This document shows, one piece after another, positions 39,888 to 51,310 of a stretch of 64,000 nucleotides of DNA. Source of the stretch: an uncultured delta proteobacterium (GTDB lineage Bacteria; Desulfobacterota; RBG-13-43-22); assembly GCA_963743305.1 (NCBI GenBank), contig CAVUPH010000012.1, positions 1 through 64,000 of the forward strand, read 5' to 3'. The notes beneath the pieces are model-generated. The model was given only the letters and a program-made list of their open reading frames with translations. It did not search any database and was not told where the DNA came from. A program made the translations under genes and the position numbers. Numbering within the stretch: position 1 is the stretch's first letter; each line of letters begins with the position of its first letter.

Positions 39888-40922
39888 ATGAAAACCGGCA
39901 TTGTTCGAGACCCCATCTACCTGGAGCATCTGCGAGGCTTCCCCCATGTGGAGAGTCCCCGCCGTTTGGAAGTACTTTATGAACTGCTCGACCGAAATTT
40001 TTCCGGACGTCTCTATCCGGTGCCTTCCCGGGAGGCCGCTCCGGAGGTACTCACGGCCATCCATACCCCGGATCATATCCGTCGAATAGCGGCGACAGCC
40101 GGCCGGAATCATGGTTCTTTAGACCCGGACACCCAAACCACGGCCCAATCCTATGAGGCCGCCATTCACGCCGCGGGCGGGTTGACGGCCTTGATCGACG
40201 CCTTGCTGGATGGCGAAATCGAAAATGGATTTGCCCTGGTGAGGCCCCCGGGACATCATGCCGAAGCCCATCGGGCCATGGGTTTTTGTCTGTTCAACAA
40301 TGTAGCCATAGGAACCGCCTATGCCCGCCAGCGGCGCGGGCTGGAACGCATCTTGATCGTCGACTGGGACCTCCATCATGGAAACGGTACCCAGCATTCC
40401 TTCTGGAACAATCCGGAGGTCCTTTATTTCTCCACTCATCAGTACCCCTATTATCCGGGTACCGGAGGTTTGCAGGAAGTGGGCGGGAAAGAGGCGCCGG
40501 GGTTTACGGTCAACGTTCCCCTCTCGAGCGGCTGTCTGGATGAAGACTTTGCCCAGGTTTTTGAACGGATACTGGTTCCCATCGGGAGGCAATTCAAACC
40601 CGAATTGATCTTAATCTCCGCCGGCTTCGACACCTACTATGAAGATCCCCTGGGGGCCATGATGGTCACCCCCAAGGGTTTTGCCCGTCTGACCCGCATT
40701 GTCCAGGGATTAGCTAACGAGGTTTGTAGGGGGCGGTTGTTATTGGCCTTGGAAGGCGGTTATCACCTGAATGGCTTGCGCCAATCAGTCCTGGCGGTCT
40801 TAAAGGAACTTCAAGGGGACTCCGTTTTGTCCCTCGAAGACACCGCGGCGGACAACCGGGCCGACTTAGCCATCGTGCGGCAGGTCTGGAATGTCCAACA
40901 GCATTATTGGAAAAGAGGTTAA
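39888..40922 (+). CDS. Histone-deacetylase-family (Zn-dependent) amidohydrolase
   Basis: HVESPRRL, RPPGHHA, GFCLFNNVA, DWDLHHGNGTQ, SAGFD, LEGGY. Confidence 0.95.
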   Translation: MKTGIVRDPIYLEHLRGFPHVESPRRLEVLYELLDRNFSGRLYPVPSREAAPEVLTAIHTPDHIRRIAATAGRNHGSLDPDTQTTAQSYEAAIHAAGGLTALIDALLDGEIENGFALVRPPGHHAEAHRAMGFCLFNNVAIGTAYARQRRGLERILIVDWDLHHGNGTQHSFWNNPEVLYFSTHQYPYYPGTGGLQEVGGKEAPGFTVNVPLSSGCLDEDFAQVFERILVPIGRQFKPELILISAGFDTYYEDPLGAMMVTPKGFARLTRIVQGLANEVCRGRLLLALEGGYHLNGLRQSVLAVLKELQGDSVLSLEDTAADNRADLAIVRQVWNVQQHYWKRG

Positions 40923-40930
40923 CAGCGAAT

Positions 40931-41215
40931 ATGTTTCTTTCAAATGAAGAAGTGCTGCACATCGCCCAACTGGCTCGGCTGCAATTAAACCCGGAAGAGG
41001 TCGGCCCGATCGCCCGACAGATGAACGACATTCTGATTTATATGGAGAAATTGAATGAACTGGACACCAGCGGTGTCGAAGCTACCTCCCACGCCCTCCA
41101 TTTGGCGAATGCCTTCCGTGATGATCAGGTCCAATCCTCATTGCCGGTAGAGGAATCCCTGGCCCTCGCCCCGGAACAGGGTCAATCCGCCTTCGTCGTG
41201 CCGAAGGTTATTTGA
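40931..41215 (+). CDS. gatC: Asp/Glu-tRNA amidotransferase subunit C
   Basis: EVLHIAQLARL, LNELDTSGVE, FRDD, FVVPKVI. Confidence 0.95.
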   Translation: MFLSNEEVLHIAQLARLQLNPEEVGPIARQMNDILIYMEKLNELDTSGVEATSHALHLANAFRDDQVQSSLPVEESLALAPEQGQSAFVVPKVI

Positions 41216-41229
41216 GGTTATCAATTAGA

Positions 41230-41384
41230 GACGGACTCGCAAGAAGTCCGTCGACAGACCGAGGGCGATTAAGCCCCGGTCTGGGGTAGGGGTGGAACCA
41301 TTTGAATTCACTTCAAATGGCGGGGGAGGGAAGACCCTCCCCCGCCGAGCAGAAAGTCGTTTTTTGACTTTTTGCGAGGTTATC
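41230..41384. mobile_element. MITE-like element between gatC and gatA
   Basis: Imperfect 19-bp terminal inverted repeats GACGGACTCGCAAGAAGTC / GACTTTTTGCGAGGTTATC (14/19 match) enclosing three hairpins. Confidence 0.6.
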
Positions 41385-41389
41385 ATATA

Positions 41390-42850
41390 ATGACGCTTCC
41401 CTTTGAACTGACTATTGCCCAGGCCCACGAATTTCTGACCAAACGAGAAATCAGCTCCGTCGAATTGACCCGGGCGGTCCTGGACCGGATAACCCGGGTG
41501 GAACCTCAGATCGGCGCTTTTATCACCGTGACCCCGGAAGCGGCCCTCAAGCAGGCTGAAGCAGCCGATCGGCGCATCGCTGCCGGACAAATACTTCCCC
41601 TGACCGGCATCCCCCTGGCCATCAAGGATTTAATCTCCACCAAAGGGCTTCGGACCACCTGTGCGTCACGGATACTGGAACACTATGTCCCGCCCTACGA
41701 TGCTACGGTCATCTCCCGTCTTCAAGACCTGGGCGCGGTAATGGTCGGGAAAGCGAACATGGATGAATTTGCCATGGGCTCTTCAACGGAGAATTCCGCC
41801 CTGCAGGTGACCCGGAATCCCTGGAACGCGGATTTTATCCCCGGCGGGTCCAGCGGGGGTTCGGCAGCGGCGGTAGCCGCCGGGGAATGTCTGGGGGCTT
41901 TGGGTTCGGACACCGGGGGCTCCATCCGCCAACCGGCGGCCCATTGCGGGGTGGTGGGGCTGAAACCCACCTACGGACGGGTATCCCGCTACGGGTTGGT
42001 GGCTTACGCCTCCTCTTTGGATCAGATCGGCCCTTTAGCCAAAACCGTCGCCGACTGTGCGCTTCTCCTTCAGGCCCTGGCCGGGCATGACCCCCGAGAC
42101 TCCACCTCGGTACCGCGGGAAGTGCCCGATTACCCGTCTTCCCTGAATCAGGGAATCCAGAACCGTACGATCGGCATCCCGAAGGAATATTTCGTCGGCG
42201 GATTGGACCCGGAAGTCGAACAGGCCATCCGGCAAGCCATTAGGGTTTTAGAGAAAGAGGGAGCTCGCTGCCAGGAAATAAGCCTGCCCCATACCGAGTA
42301 CGCCATAGCGGTTTATTATATCATCGCCACGGCCGAAGCCAGTTCCAACCTGGCTCGTTATGACGGGGTTAAATACGGTTTCAGGGAAAGGGAGAGCCGA
42401 AAATTGATGGACATGGTTCAGAAAACCCGTTCCCTGGGATTTGGTCCCGAGGTGGTCAGGCGGATCATGTTGGGAACCTACGTGCTTTCAGCGGGATATT
42501 ATGACGCCTATTTTCGGAAGGCCTCTCAGGTCAGGACCCTGATCAGCCAGGATTTTCGTCAAGCCTTTGATCAGGTGGATCTGATACTCACTCCCGTGGC
42601 CCCCACCACGGCTTTTCGGCGGGGGGAAAAAACCGACGATCCGTTGAAAATGTACCTGACGGACATCTTTACCATTTCGGCCAACCTGGCCGGCATTCCC
42701 GGTCTGGCCCTGCCCTGCGGTTTCAGTTCTCAAGGGTTGCCCATCGGCCTGCAAATCTTAGGCAACCATTTTGAGGAAGAAAAAATTCTCCAGGCCGGGT
42801 CGGCCTTCGAACAGGCCACGGATTTTCACCTCCGTCGCCCGCCCCTTTAA
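41390..42850 (+). CDS. gatA: Asp/Glu-tRNA amidotransferase subunit A
   Basis: [58 protein letters not shown]. Confidence 0.97.
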   Translation: MTLPFELTIAQAHEFLTKREISSVELTRAVLDRITRVEPQIGAFITVTPEAALKQAEAADRRIAAGQILPLTGIPLAIKDLISTKGLRTTCASRILEHYVPPYDATVISRLQDLGAVMVGKANMDEFAMGSSTENSALQVTRNPWNADFIPGGSSGGSAAAVAAGECLGALGSDTGGSIRQPAAHCGVVGLKPTYGRVSRYGLVAYASSLDQIGPLAKTVADCALLLQALAGHDPRDSTSVPREVPDYPSSLNQGIQNRTIGIPKEYFVGGLDPEVEQAIRQAIRVLEKEGARCQEISLPHTEYAIAVYYIIATAEASSNLARYDGVKYGFRERESRKLMDMVQKTRSLGFGPEVVRRIMLGTYVLSAGYYDAYFRKASQVRTLISQDFRQAFDQVDLILTPVAPTTAFRRGEKTDDPLKMYLTDIFTISANLAGIPGLALPCGFSSQGLPIGLQILGNHFEEEKILQAGSAFEQATDFHLRRPPL

Positions 42851-42965
42851 GAGCGCGCAGACGCAGAGATAACGGCCGTAACCCTTCAATCCGGTCATGA
42901 GTGGATCTTCGATTTCTGCGGCCGTTTTCCAGCGCCAAGCGCTCCGCGCCTTGCGCCCAGCGCTT

Positions 42966-43436
42966 TTAGGGTTGTTCCGCCTGCTCCAGGATCTCACCCA
43001 TAACGCAGGCCGTGTCTCCCACCAGTTTTTGGCAGTGTCGGCGCCGCCCATCGGGGCTGGAATAAAAAACCTTGACCGCCTCCCGGTCCGACCAGTTTAC
43101 TTGGGCGATATCCCGGCAATCTACTCCACCGTATTCTTTGGTCAGATCCTCAAACCGTTTAGCCAATTTATAACTCAACCGCCACATGCGGGGATGGTCC
43201 TTCCCTTCCGGGCGGTCCTTGCCATAGAGGCTGGAGAGAAAGGCCAAGCCTCCGGTCAGGCAACCACACACCCGTCCGGTGCTGGCGACCCCGCCGCCGA
43301 AGGCCCCTACTGCTTTTATTAAAGTGTCATCCTGTTGGTTCATTTTTTCCTGGCCCACGGCCAGAACGGCCTGGCTTCAGTGAAACCCTTTCAAAAAAAG
43401 GTCCTCCGCTTTTTGCCGCATTTCTTCAGGGGTCAT
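42966..43436 (-). CDS. C_GCAxxG_C_C family redox protein, selenoprotein (UGA at codon 20)
   Basis: GGAGG RBS, ATG 43436, MTPEEMRQKAEDLFLKGFH-TGA(43377-43379)-SQAVLAVG in frame with the track ORF; VCGCLTGG, DCRDI, HCQKLV; SECIS-like hairpin downstream. Confidence 0.85.
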
Positions 43437-43468
43437 CCTTTTTCCCTCCAACCATCATTTCGCTTAAT

Positions 43469-44263
43469 TCAGGAACGATTACGCTCGTAGATAATCCGCA
43501 GGCCCTCCAGGGTCAAATAACTGTCCACCGCCTCGATGGTCTTGGACTCCGAAGCGATCAGCGGGGCCAGCCCTCCGGTGGCGATTACTTTAGGCCGCTG
43601 GGGAACAGCCGCCATGATCCGCTCGACCAGGCCGTCCACCAGGCCGGTATAACCATAAATAATGCCCACATTCATGCTGCTGATGGTGTCTTTGGCCAAT
43701 ACGGTTTTGGGTTTGGAGAAAATTTCCACTCGGGGGAGCTTGGAGGCCTTCTGGAAAAGGGCCTCACAGGATATCAGGATACCCGGGGCAATCGCACCCC
43801 CCAAATACTCCCCCTTATCGGAAACATAATCAAAGGTGGTGGCCGTTCCAAAATCCACTACGATCAAGTTCGTTCGATATTTTTCGTAGGCCGCCACGGC
43901 ATTGACAATCCGGTCCGCCCCGACCTCTTTAGGGTTGTCGTAATAGATGGGCATACCGGTTTTTATTCCCGGCCCCACAAAAAGCGGATGTAGGCTGAAA
44001 TACCGCAGTCCGAATTCCTCCAGGGTGTTCAACATGGGAGGCACCACGCAGGAAATGATCAGGTCGTTCACCTGGGAAAGACTTAAGGTTCGACTGGCGA
44101 ACAGGTTGCCGATCAGGATGCCCATTTCATCCAAGGTCCCGTCTCGTTCGGTGCGAATCCGCCAGTCACACACCCGCTCTTTTTGCCGATAGACCCCCAG
44201 GACCGTGTTGGTATTCCCCACGTCCATTACCAGTAACAGGTCTTTGGACGACGTTTTAGGCAT
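43469..44263 (-). CDS. coaX: Type III pantothenate kinase
   Basis: [29 protein letters not shown]. Confidence 0.95.
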   Translation of the reverse strand: MPKTSSKDLLLVMDVGNTNTVLGVYRQKERVCDWRIRTERDGTLDEMGILIGNLFASRTLSLSQVNDLIISCVVPPMLNTLEEFGLRYFSLHPLFVGPGIKTGMPIYYDNPKEVGADRIVNAVAAYEKYRTNLIVVDFGTATTFDYVSDKGEYLGGAIAPGILISCEALFQKASKLPRVEIFSKPKTVLAKDTISSMNVGIIYGYTGLVDGLVERIMAAVPQRPKVIATGGLAPLIASESKTIEAVDSYLTLEGLRIIYERNRS

Positions 44264-45608
44264 TGAATTCCCTTTCGATAACCTGGGCTGTTTCCTCGGC
44301 CAGTAAGGCAATTAAGGCCTCATTCTCCCCTTCCAGCATCACCCGGACTAAGGGTTCGGTTCCTGAAAAGCGGACCAGGATCCGGCCCTTTTCCCCCAAT
44401 TTCTTTTCCACTTTTTGAATCTGCTGGGTGACGACGGGAAAGTGCTCCAGGCTTTTTCGTTCCCTGATCCGGACGTTGATTAATTTCTGGGGATATTTTT
44501 CCATGATATCGGAAAGGTCCGAGAGACTTTTTCCCTCCTGCTGCATGATGGCCAAAACCTGCAAGGCGCTGAGAATCCCGTCTCCGGTGGTGTTATGGTC
44601 CAAAAATATCAGGTGCCCGGATTGCTCTCCTCCTAAATTGCATCCTCTCCTGACCATCTCCTCCACCACGTAGCGGTCCCCCACTTGGGTGCGTACCAGT
44701 CGGATACCCTGCTGCCGCAGGGCCACTTCCAACCCCAGATTGCTCATCACTGTGGCCACCAGGGTATTTTTTTTCAAACGCTTCTCCTTGAACATCCGAT
44801 TCGCGCAAATGGCCATCACCTGATCGCCATCGATCATTTCGCCGTTTTCATCCACCAGGATCACCCGATCCCCATCCCCGTCAAAGCTGATGCCCAGATC
44901 GGCCTTCTTCTTTCGGACCATGGCGCCGACCAGACCGGGGTAGAGGGCGCCGCAATTTTTGTTGATATTTTCACCGTTGGGTTTAGCCCCCAGCAGGGTG
45001 ATCCTGGCCCCCAACTCCTCAAAAACGGTCGGAGCTACCCGATAGGTTGCGCCGTGGGCGCAATCCAAAACCAGGTGCAGCCCTTCCAGGGTTAATTCCT
45101 GGGGAAAGGTATTTTTCAGGAAGACGATATAGCGGCCGATGGCATCCTCAATCCGAAAGGCTTTGCCCACCTGGTTGGCGGTGATCCCGGGTACTGCCAG
45201 GGTTTCCGAGAACATGAGCGCCTCAATCCGTTCCTCCACCTCATCCGGAAGTTTAAAACCGTTTCGCGAAAATATCTTTATCCCGTTGTCCTGATAAGCG
45301 TTGTGGGAGGCGGAGATGACAATCCCGGCGTCGGCCCGCATACTTTGGGTTAAAAAGGCGATCCCCGGCGTGGGCAAAGGCCCGATCAAAAGAACGTCCC
45401 CCCCCATTGAACAAATCCCGGCCGTAATGGCATTTTCCAGCATATACCCGGACAGCCGGGTATCCTTGCCCACCACGATCTTGTGCCGCCGCGTTTTGTC
45501 CTTAAATATATAAGCGCAGCCCTTGCCTAACTGTAAGGCCACTTCCGTGGTCATGGGGTGCACATTGGCCACTCCGCGAATGCCGTCGGTTCCAAAGAGC
45601 TTTCGCAT
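44256..45608 (-). CDS. glmM: Phosphoglucosamine mutase
   Basis: [29 protein letters not shown]. Confidence 0.97.
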   Translation of the reverse strand: MRKLFGTDGIRGVANVHPMTTEVALQLGKGCAYIFKDKTRRHKIVVGKDTRLSGYMLENAITAGICSMGGDVLLIGPLPTPGIAFLTQSMRADAGIVISASHNAYQDNGIKIFSRNGFKLPDEVEERIEALMFSETLAVPGITANQVGKAFRIEDAIGRYIVFLKNTFPQELTLEGLHLVLDCAHGATYRVAPTVFEELGARITLLGAKPNGENINKNCGALYPGLVGAMVRKKKADLGISFDGDGDRVILVDENGEMIDGDQVMAICANRMFKEKRLKKNTLVATVMSNLGLEVALRQQGIRLVRTQVGDRYVVEEMVRRGCNLGGEQSGHLIFLDHNTTGDGILSALQVLAIMQQEGKSLSDLSDIMEKYPQKLINVRIRERKSLEHFPVVTQQIQKVEKKLGEKGRILVRFSGTEPLVRVMLEGENEALIALLAEETAQVIEREFNA

Positions 45609-45617
45609 CACTCCTCC

Positions 45618-46295
45618 TTAGGGGGCACTGATTTTTTTGATCTTAACTTCCACCTCAACGGTCTGGTTTCGAGGCAAATGGATCTGCAGGGAACGGAAGT
45701 CCAAATTAACTTCCTGGACCAGGGTTTCCTGCCGACCACCGATATCAACGGGCTTGGTGGAAAGATTTTCCAAGTCCTTGATTACTTCTTCCGATCCGGC
45801 CACTTCCACCTCTTCCGGTCGAACCCTGACCGATTCCACTTCATAACCGCTTGCCGGTCGCCCCATGACCCGGGCCCGGACCGAGATCATTTTTTTTATT
45901 TGCTTTTGAAGGACCACCACCACCTGGGTGGGATGGATACGGGTGACGGCCACCCCTCGCGGTAGCCGAATTCCTTCCGAGGAGATGGAATAGGTTATCG
46001 TTCCGGCCTTGGTGTTGGACAGATCGAGGCTTTTGCTCAAGTTGCGCGTCGTCAGGGAACGGATTAAACTGCGCGGTCCGTTGACCCGGATGTCGATCCC
46101 CTGGGGGATGTTATTCACCACGATCATATCCCGAGGCATGTTCACCAATTCCAAAGGAATGGTCAAACCCACTTCGGCCCGCTCCTCGCCGACCACTAAG
46201 AACCAGAGAATGACCGCCAAGACCAGGGCCAAAATTTTAAAAACTAAGTTCCTCAACCCTAGGAACCTCCGGTTTTTCGGGGGCCGAACAGCCAA
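45618..46295 (-). CDS. cdaR: CdaR/YbbR-family regulator of diadenylate cyclase
   Basis: KILALVLAVILW TM helix followed by YbbR-like beta repeats; lies between cdaA and glmM. Confidence 0.85.
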   Translation of the reverse strand: MAVRPPKNRRFLGLRNLVFKILALVLAVILWFLVVGEERAEVGLTIPLELVNMPRDMIVVNNIPQGIDIRVNGPRSLIRSLTTRNLSKSLDLSNTKAGTITYSISSEGIRLPRGVAVTRIHPTQVVVVLQKQIKKMISVRARVMGRPASGYEVESVRVRPEEVEVAGSEEVIKDLENLSTKPVDIGGRQETLVQEVNLDFRSLQIHLPRNQTVEVEVKIKKISAP

Positions 46296-47068
46296 TAAGT
46301 GCGGGAGGCCTTTTCCTGGGTAAACAGGGTTTGCAACACCCGTTTCAGGGTGGTGGAATCCAACCCTCGAGTGAAACGTCCTTTAATGGCCACGGAGATC
46401 CGGCCCGTCTCCTCCGAAACCACGATCACCGCCGCGTCCGTTTTTTCGGTCAGCCCCAAAGCCGCCCGATGGCGGGTGCCGTAGCTCCGACTGACCTTGG
46501 CGCTGCGGGTCAACGGGAGATAGCAGGCCACGGCGGCAATCTGGTTATCGCGGATGATCATGGCCCCGTCATGAAGGGGGGACTGGGTGTGGAAGATACT
46601 GACGATCAGTTCCCACCCGACCCGGGCCTCCAAAGCGGTCCCGGTCTGAACAATCTCCCCCAGCCCGGTTTGCCTTTCTAAAACGATCAGGGCCCCGGTG
46701 GAATGGCTGGAAAGATAGACCGCAGCCCGGATGACCTCTTCAATCGTTTGCAGGGTCTCGGCCGTAGTTTTGACAAAAGGGCTCCGCCCTACCTGGGCCA
46801 GCACCCGACGGATTTCCGACTTGAAAAGGATAATGATGACCAAAATGATGGAACTCAGAAAGCTGCTCAGTATCCAGTTTAAGGTCAATAATTCCAGCTG
46901 GCGGGCCGCCAAAAAGGCGATAAAAATGACGACCAAACCGATGATGATCTGAACGGCCCGGGTGCCTTTGATAAACAGAAAAAGCTGATAGATCAGGATG
47001 GCTACCAGGAGGATATCCAGACCATCCTGCCAGCGGATATTGGTCAGGGTCAACCAGAGGTTGTTCAT
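46259..47068 (-). CDS. cdaA: Diadenylate cyclase CdaA
   Basis: Three TM helices, GALIV, PLHDGA, GTRHRAA, VSEETG. Confidence 0.95.
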   Translation of the reverse strand: MNNLWLTLTNIRWQDGLDILLVAILIYQLFLFIKGTRAVQIIIGLVVIFIAFLAARQLELLTLNWILSSFLSSIILVIIILFKSEIRRVLAQVGRSPFVKTTAETLQTIEEVIRAAVYLSSHSTGALIVLERQTGLGEIVQTGTALEARVGWELIVSIFHTQSPLHDGAMIIRDNQIAAVACYLPLTRSAKVSRSYGTRHRAALGLTEKTDAAVIVVSEETGRISVAIKGRFTRGLDSTTLKRVLQTLFTQEKASRTYWLFGPRKTGGS

Positions 47069-47928
47069 GGGGTCGGTGCCTCCCGCAAGGCATCCACCAC
47101 CTGCAGCACTTGCCGATTGGAGTCCACCCGATGAACCCGGATCAGATGGGCCCCCAACCAAGCCGAAAGAGCCGAAGTGGCCGCCGTACCCCATTCCCGT
47201 TCTCCGGGATTTTGCTGACCGGTGAGCTTACCGATAAATGATTTCCTGGAGGTTCCAATCAAAACCGGGCAGTCCAAGTCCGAAAGAATATCCAATCGTT
47301 TGATCAATAATAAATTATGTTCCCGGGTCTTGCCGAATCCGATGCCCGGATCGATTATCACCCGGTCCCGGGCGAGGCCCTGTTGCTGGGCCCAAAACAG
47401 CCTTTCCTCAAAAAAAGAGTGAACCTCTTTTAACAGATCCCCATAGTGCGGCCGGGACTGCATATCCTGCGGAGTCCCCTGCATATGCATCAGAATAACC
47501 GGCGTTCTATGATTCCGCAACACTTCGGTCATGGCCGGATCCAGGCGCAGCGCGCTGATATCATTGACCAGGGCCGCACCGGCGTCTAAGGCGGCCTCCG
47601 CCACCTGGGACTTATACGTATCCACCGAAATGGGGATCCGAACCCTTTTGACCAGTTCCCGGATAACCGGAATGATGCGCTTCAGTTCCTCCTCCACCGC
47701 CAAGGGCTGTGAAAAAGGCCGGGTGGACTCTCCCCCGATATCCAGGATATCCGCTCCCTCGGCGGCGAGGGCCTCCCCCCGGGCAACGGCCTGCTCCCGC
47801 CCGTAAAAAAGACCGCCGTCGGAAAAAGAATCAGGGGTGACATTAATCACCCCCATGATCAGCGTTCTCCCCCCAAACGACAGGTGAAAATGGTCCCACG
47901 ACCACTCATATTTCTTTCGGATGACCAT
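47065..47928 (-). CDS. folP: Dihydropteroate synthase
   Basis: NVTPDSFSDGG, DIGGESTRP, DPGIGFGK, SRKSF. Confidence 0.97.
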   Translation of the reverse strand: MVIRKKYEWSWDHFHLSFGGRTLIMGVINVTPDSFSDGGLFYGREQAVARGEALAAEGADILDIGGESTRPFSQPLAVEEELKRIIPVIRELVKRVRIPISVDTYKSQVAEAALDAGAALVNDISALRLDPAMTEVLRNHRTPVILMHMQGTPQDMQSRPHYGDLLKEVHSFFEERLFWAQQQGLARDRVIIDPGIGFGKTREHNLLLIKRLDILSDLDCPVLIGTSRKSFIGKLTGQQNPGEREWGTAATSALSAWLGAHLIRVHRVDSNRQVLQVVDALREAPTP

Positions 47929-47952
47929 TATTTTTAAGGAAAAAACCGGGGC

Positions 47953-49769
47953 TTAGGCCGTAGCCAAGGTTGCCCCCGGGTCCGGTCCCTGGATCAGACG
48001 ATCAATGGTGTCTCCGTCCAGGGATTCTTTTTCCAGCAGGCTCTGCGCTAAACGATGCAAGACCTCCAAATTTCCCGCCAAAATATTTTTCGCCTTTTCG
48101 TAACTTTCCAAGATCAGCTTCTTGACTTCCAGATCTATTTTACGAGCGGTTTCCTCACTATAATCCCGGTGTTGGGCAATTTCCCGACCCAGAAAAATCT
48201 GTTCTTCCTTTTTTCCAAAAGTCAGGGGGCCGAGTTCTACGCTCATTCCCCAATCGCAGACCATTTTCCGCGCCAATTCAGTAGCCCGCTCCAAATCATT
48301 CCCCGCCCCGGTGGTCAGTTGTTTCAGGACCAATTCCTCGGCCACCCGTCCGCCTAAAAAGATCACCAGGTTATTCATCAAGAAATCTTTGGGATAGGTG
48401 TGTTTCTCGTCGATGGGCAACTGCTGGGTCAATCCTAACGCGCGTCCTCTGGGAATAATGGTCACCTTATGGATGGGATCCGTTCCGGGCAACATCTTGG
48501 CTACCAGGGTATGACCGGCTTCGTGATAGGCGGTATTTCTTCTTTCCTCCTCGCTGATGATCATGCTCCGCCGCTCGGCTCCCATCAAGACTTTATCCTT
48601 GGATGTTTCGAAGTCACTCATATCCACTTTTTCTTTCCCCAACCGGGCTGCCAGGAGCGCCGCCTCATTGACCAGATTTTCCAAATCCGCTCCTGAAAAA
48701 CCGGGCGTGCCCCGGGCCAAAATACTTAAATTCACCCCTTCGGCCAAGGGGAGTTTTCCGGGTATGAACCTTAAAGATTTCTTCCCGCCCTTTGACATCC
48801 GGCACCGGGACCACTACCTGCCGGTCGAATCGGCCGGAACGCAACAGGGCCGGATCCAGAACATCCGGGCGATTGGTGGCGGAAATCAGAATGACGCCCT
48901 CAGTGGATTCAAAACCATCCATCTCCACCAGCAACTGGTTCAAGGGTCTGTTCCCGTTCATCGTGTCCGCCTCCCAAACCGGCGCCTCGATGACGACCCA
49001 CGGCGTCGATCTCGTCTATGAAGATAATACAGGGTGCATTGCGCTTGCCTTGGATAAACAGGTCCCGAACGCGGGAAGCCCCCACGCCCACGAACATCTC
49101 CACAAAATCGGATCCGCTGATACTAAAAAAAGGGACTCCGGCCTCCCCGGCAATGGCTTTGGCCAGCAAGGTTTTTCCCGTACCGGGTGAGCCCATGAGC
49201 AGTACTCCTTTGGGGATCCGCCCGCCCAAACGGGTAAATTTCTTGGGATCTTTCAAGAAATCGATAATCTCCCGTAATTCTTCCTTGGCTTCTTCGATTC
49301 CCGCCACGTCATTAAAAGTGACTTTGGGCCCCTGGTCCGATTGGAGCCTGGCCCGGCTCTTGCCGAAGGCCATGGCCTTCCCCCCACCGGCCTGCATCTG
49401 GCGCATGAAGAAAATCCACACCCCAATCAAAAGCAGCATGGGAAACCAAGAGATCAGGATGGTCATATACCAGGGGGACTCATCCAAGGGTCTGGCAGTG
49501 ATTCGAATCCCTTTGTCCCGCAACGTTTTTATCAGTTCGGGATCTCTGGGGGCGTAGGTCTTGAATTTTTTCCCCCCCACCAGAAAGCCTTGAATGTCAT
49601 CCCCCTGGATGGTGACACTCAGGACCTCCCCTTTTTCCACGGAGGCCAAAAAATCCGTGTAACTGATCGGCTCCTTGGTTGTCTGGGGCTTATTAAACAG
49701 ATTGAAGAGCGCTATCATAACCAGGCTGATCACCAGCCATAAGGCCAAATTTTTATAAAAAGGGGTCAA
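47953..49769 (-). CDS. ftsH: ATP-dependent zinc metalloprotease FtsH (two +1 homopolymer frameshifts near 48945 and 48750)
   Basis: [36 protein letters not shown] and HEAGH spread over three overlapping ORFs. Confidence 0.95.
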
Positions 49770-49842
49770 ATTTTTTCTCCTTCAACACTATTTCCTGTAA
49801 TCATTCAAATTACCACAAAAACCCCTTGATCTCAAACCCTTT

Positions 49843-51246
49843 TTACGCCATCTGGAGCTTCAGGCAAAGGGCCTGTCGAGATTGTTCGTTCAAAGCAAAG
49901 GGGTCCCCGATTTCCAGGCCGGCTACCCAAACAATCTCTCCTCCGGAAATGATGAGCGGGATCCGGTCACGCTGGGACCGGGGTATTTTCCTGTCTATAA
50001 AAAACCGGTGGACCTTTTTGGCGCCCTTTAACCCCAGCGGCCGGAAACGGTCACCGGCCTGGGCATTGCGAACCAACAACGGCCACCGGATTTTTTCCCA
50101 ATCCACCAAAGCCTGGTCTTTAATGAAAGTCTTTTTGACCCTTTGGGGATCGATTGGAACCTTTTCGAAGGAAAGCTCCAGACCAATTTCCCGGATAGTA
50201 AGCGTTCCCGGCCCATCGACCTGCTCGGAAAAAAGGCTTGGGGAGAGGGAAACGGAAACGGCGGGTTGAAGAATTATCCGCTCCCGGTCCCAGGAGGCCT
50301 GCAGCCCTCCGGGTAGATCCAATCTGCCTTGCAGGGATGGGCCGCAAACCACGTTTACCAAGGAAAGCAGGTGGACCGAACCGATGGACTTCAAATCCCC
50401 CTTAACCTGAAATATCGCTTTCTGAAAAAGGCGGGAAAGGATAGCCGGAGGGAGTTTTTTCAAGCCACTCCGAGAGATTTGAACCCCTCCCTCCAGCGGC
50501 ACCAGGACTCGGGCCGTAATTTGCTCGGTTTGTTCCTGCAGGAAAGCCTCATCTTCCTTCAACAGGCCGGCCGTTCGATTCAATTGGGTAATGATATTAG
50601 GAGAGAACTTCCCCAATTCGGGCAACAATTGGTGACGCACCCGGGCCCGGAGAAAACGTCGGTCCTTATTGGATTCATCCTCCAGAAAGGGGATGTCCCG
50701 TTCGCCTAAATAGGTCAGGATTTCCGCTCGGTAGGTGGCTAACAGGGGGCGGATAAAACCCTCGCGCTGTAAGGGAATCCCGGCCAACCCACCCAGTCCT
50801 GCCCCTCGGATCAAGCCGATCAGCACTTCTTCGGCCTGATCATTGGCGGTATGGGCCAGGGCCACTTTGTCGGCCTTCTGCTTCACAAAAAATGACCTGA
50901 ATACTCGGTAGCGCAGCTCCCGGGCCGCTTCCTGGAGGGATAATTTATTCTCCTGCTGAAAGGCCTGGACGTTCACTTTGGAAGTGAAGAAGGAACAACC
51001 CCAGCGTTCGGCCCAATGCCGAACAAAATCTGCTTCCTGGTCCGCGGCTCGGCGTAACCCGTGATGGCAGTAAAGGGCGATTACTTCCAAACCCCAGGGC
51101 CCCCGCAATTCATTTAAAATGGAGACCAGGGCCATGGAATCCGGCCCTCCGGAAACTCCGACGATAATTCTGGACCCGGGCCCGAAAAGCCGATGGCTTT
51201 CAATAAAACGCTGTACCGCTACGGTCAAAGATGGCTTTCTGCTCAT
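49843..51246 (-). CDS. tilS: tRNA(Ile)-lysidine synthetase
   Basis: SGGPDS, HHGLR, AHTANDQAE, IRPLL, GDRF.PLG. Confidence 0.95.
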   Translation of the reverse strand: MSRKPSLTVAVQRFIESHRLFGPGSRIIVGVSGGPDSMALVSILNELRGPWGLEVIALYCHHGLRRAADQEADFVRHWAERWGCSFFTSKVNVQAFQQENKLSLQEAARELRYRVFRSFFVKQKADKVALAHTANDQAEEVLIGLIRGAGLGGLAGIPLQREGFIRPLLATYRAEILTYLGERDIPFLEDESNKDRRFLRARVRHQLLPELGKFSPNIITQLNRTAGLLKEDEAFLQEQTEQITARVLVPLEGGVQISRSGLKKLPPAILSRLFQKAIFQVKGDLKSIGSVHLLSLVNVVCGPSLQGRLDLPGGLQASWDRERIILQPAVSVSLSPSLFSEQVDGPGTLTIREIGLELSFEKVPIDPQRVKKTFIKDQALVDWEKIRWPLLVRNAQAGDRFRPLGLKGAKKVHRFFIDRKIPRSQRDRIPLIISGGEIVWVAGLEIGDPFALNEQSRQALCLKLQMA

Positions 51247-51310
51247 AGGTTCACCGGTCTTTTATACGAAAATAGAATTGAATACCGCTTTTTAGGCGTT
51301 TTATTTTTGC

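Noticed and set aside
48665-48961. Programmed frameshifting or a split ftsH
   Set aside because: No slippery heptamer; single extra bases in homopolymers are better explained as sequencing error
43469-51246. c-di-AMP genes as a novel signalling or defence system
   Set aside because: cdaA-cdaR-glmM within tilS-ftsH-folP is a well-known housekeeping arrangement
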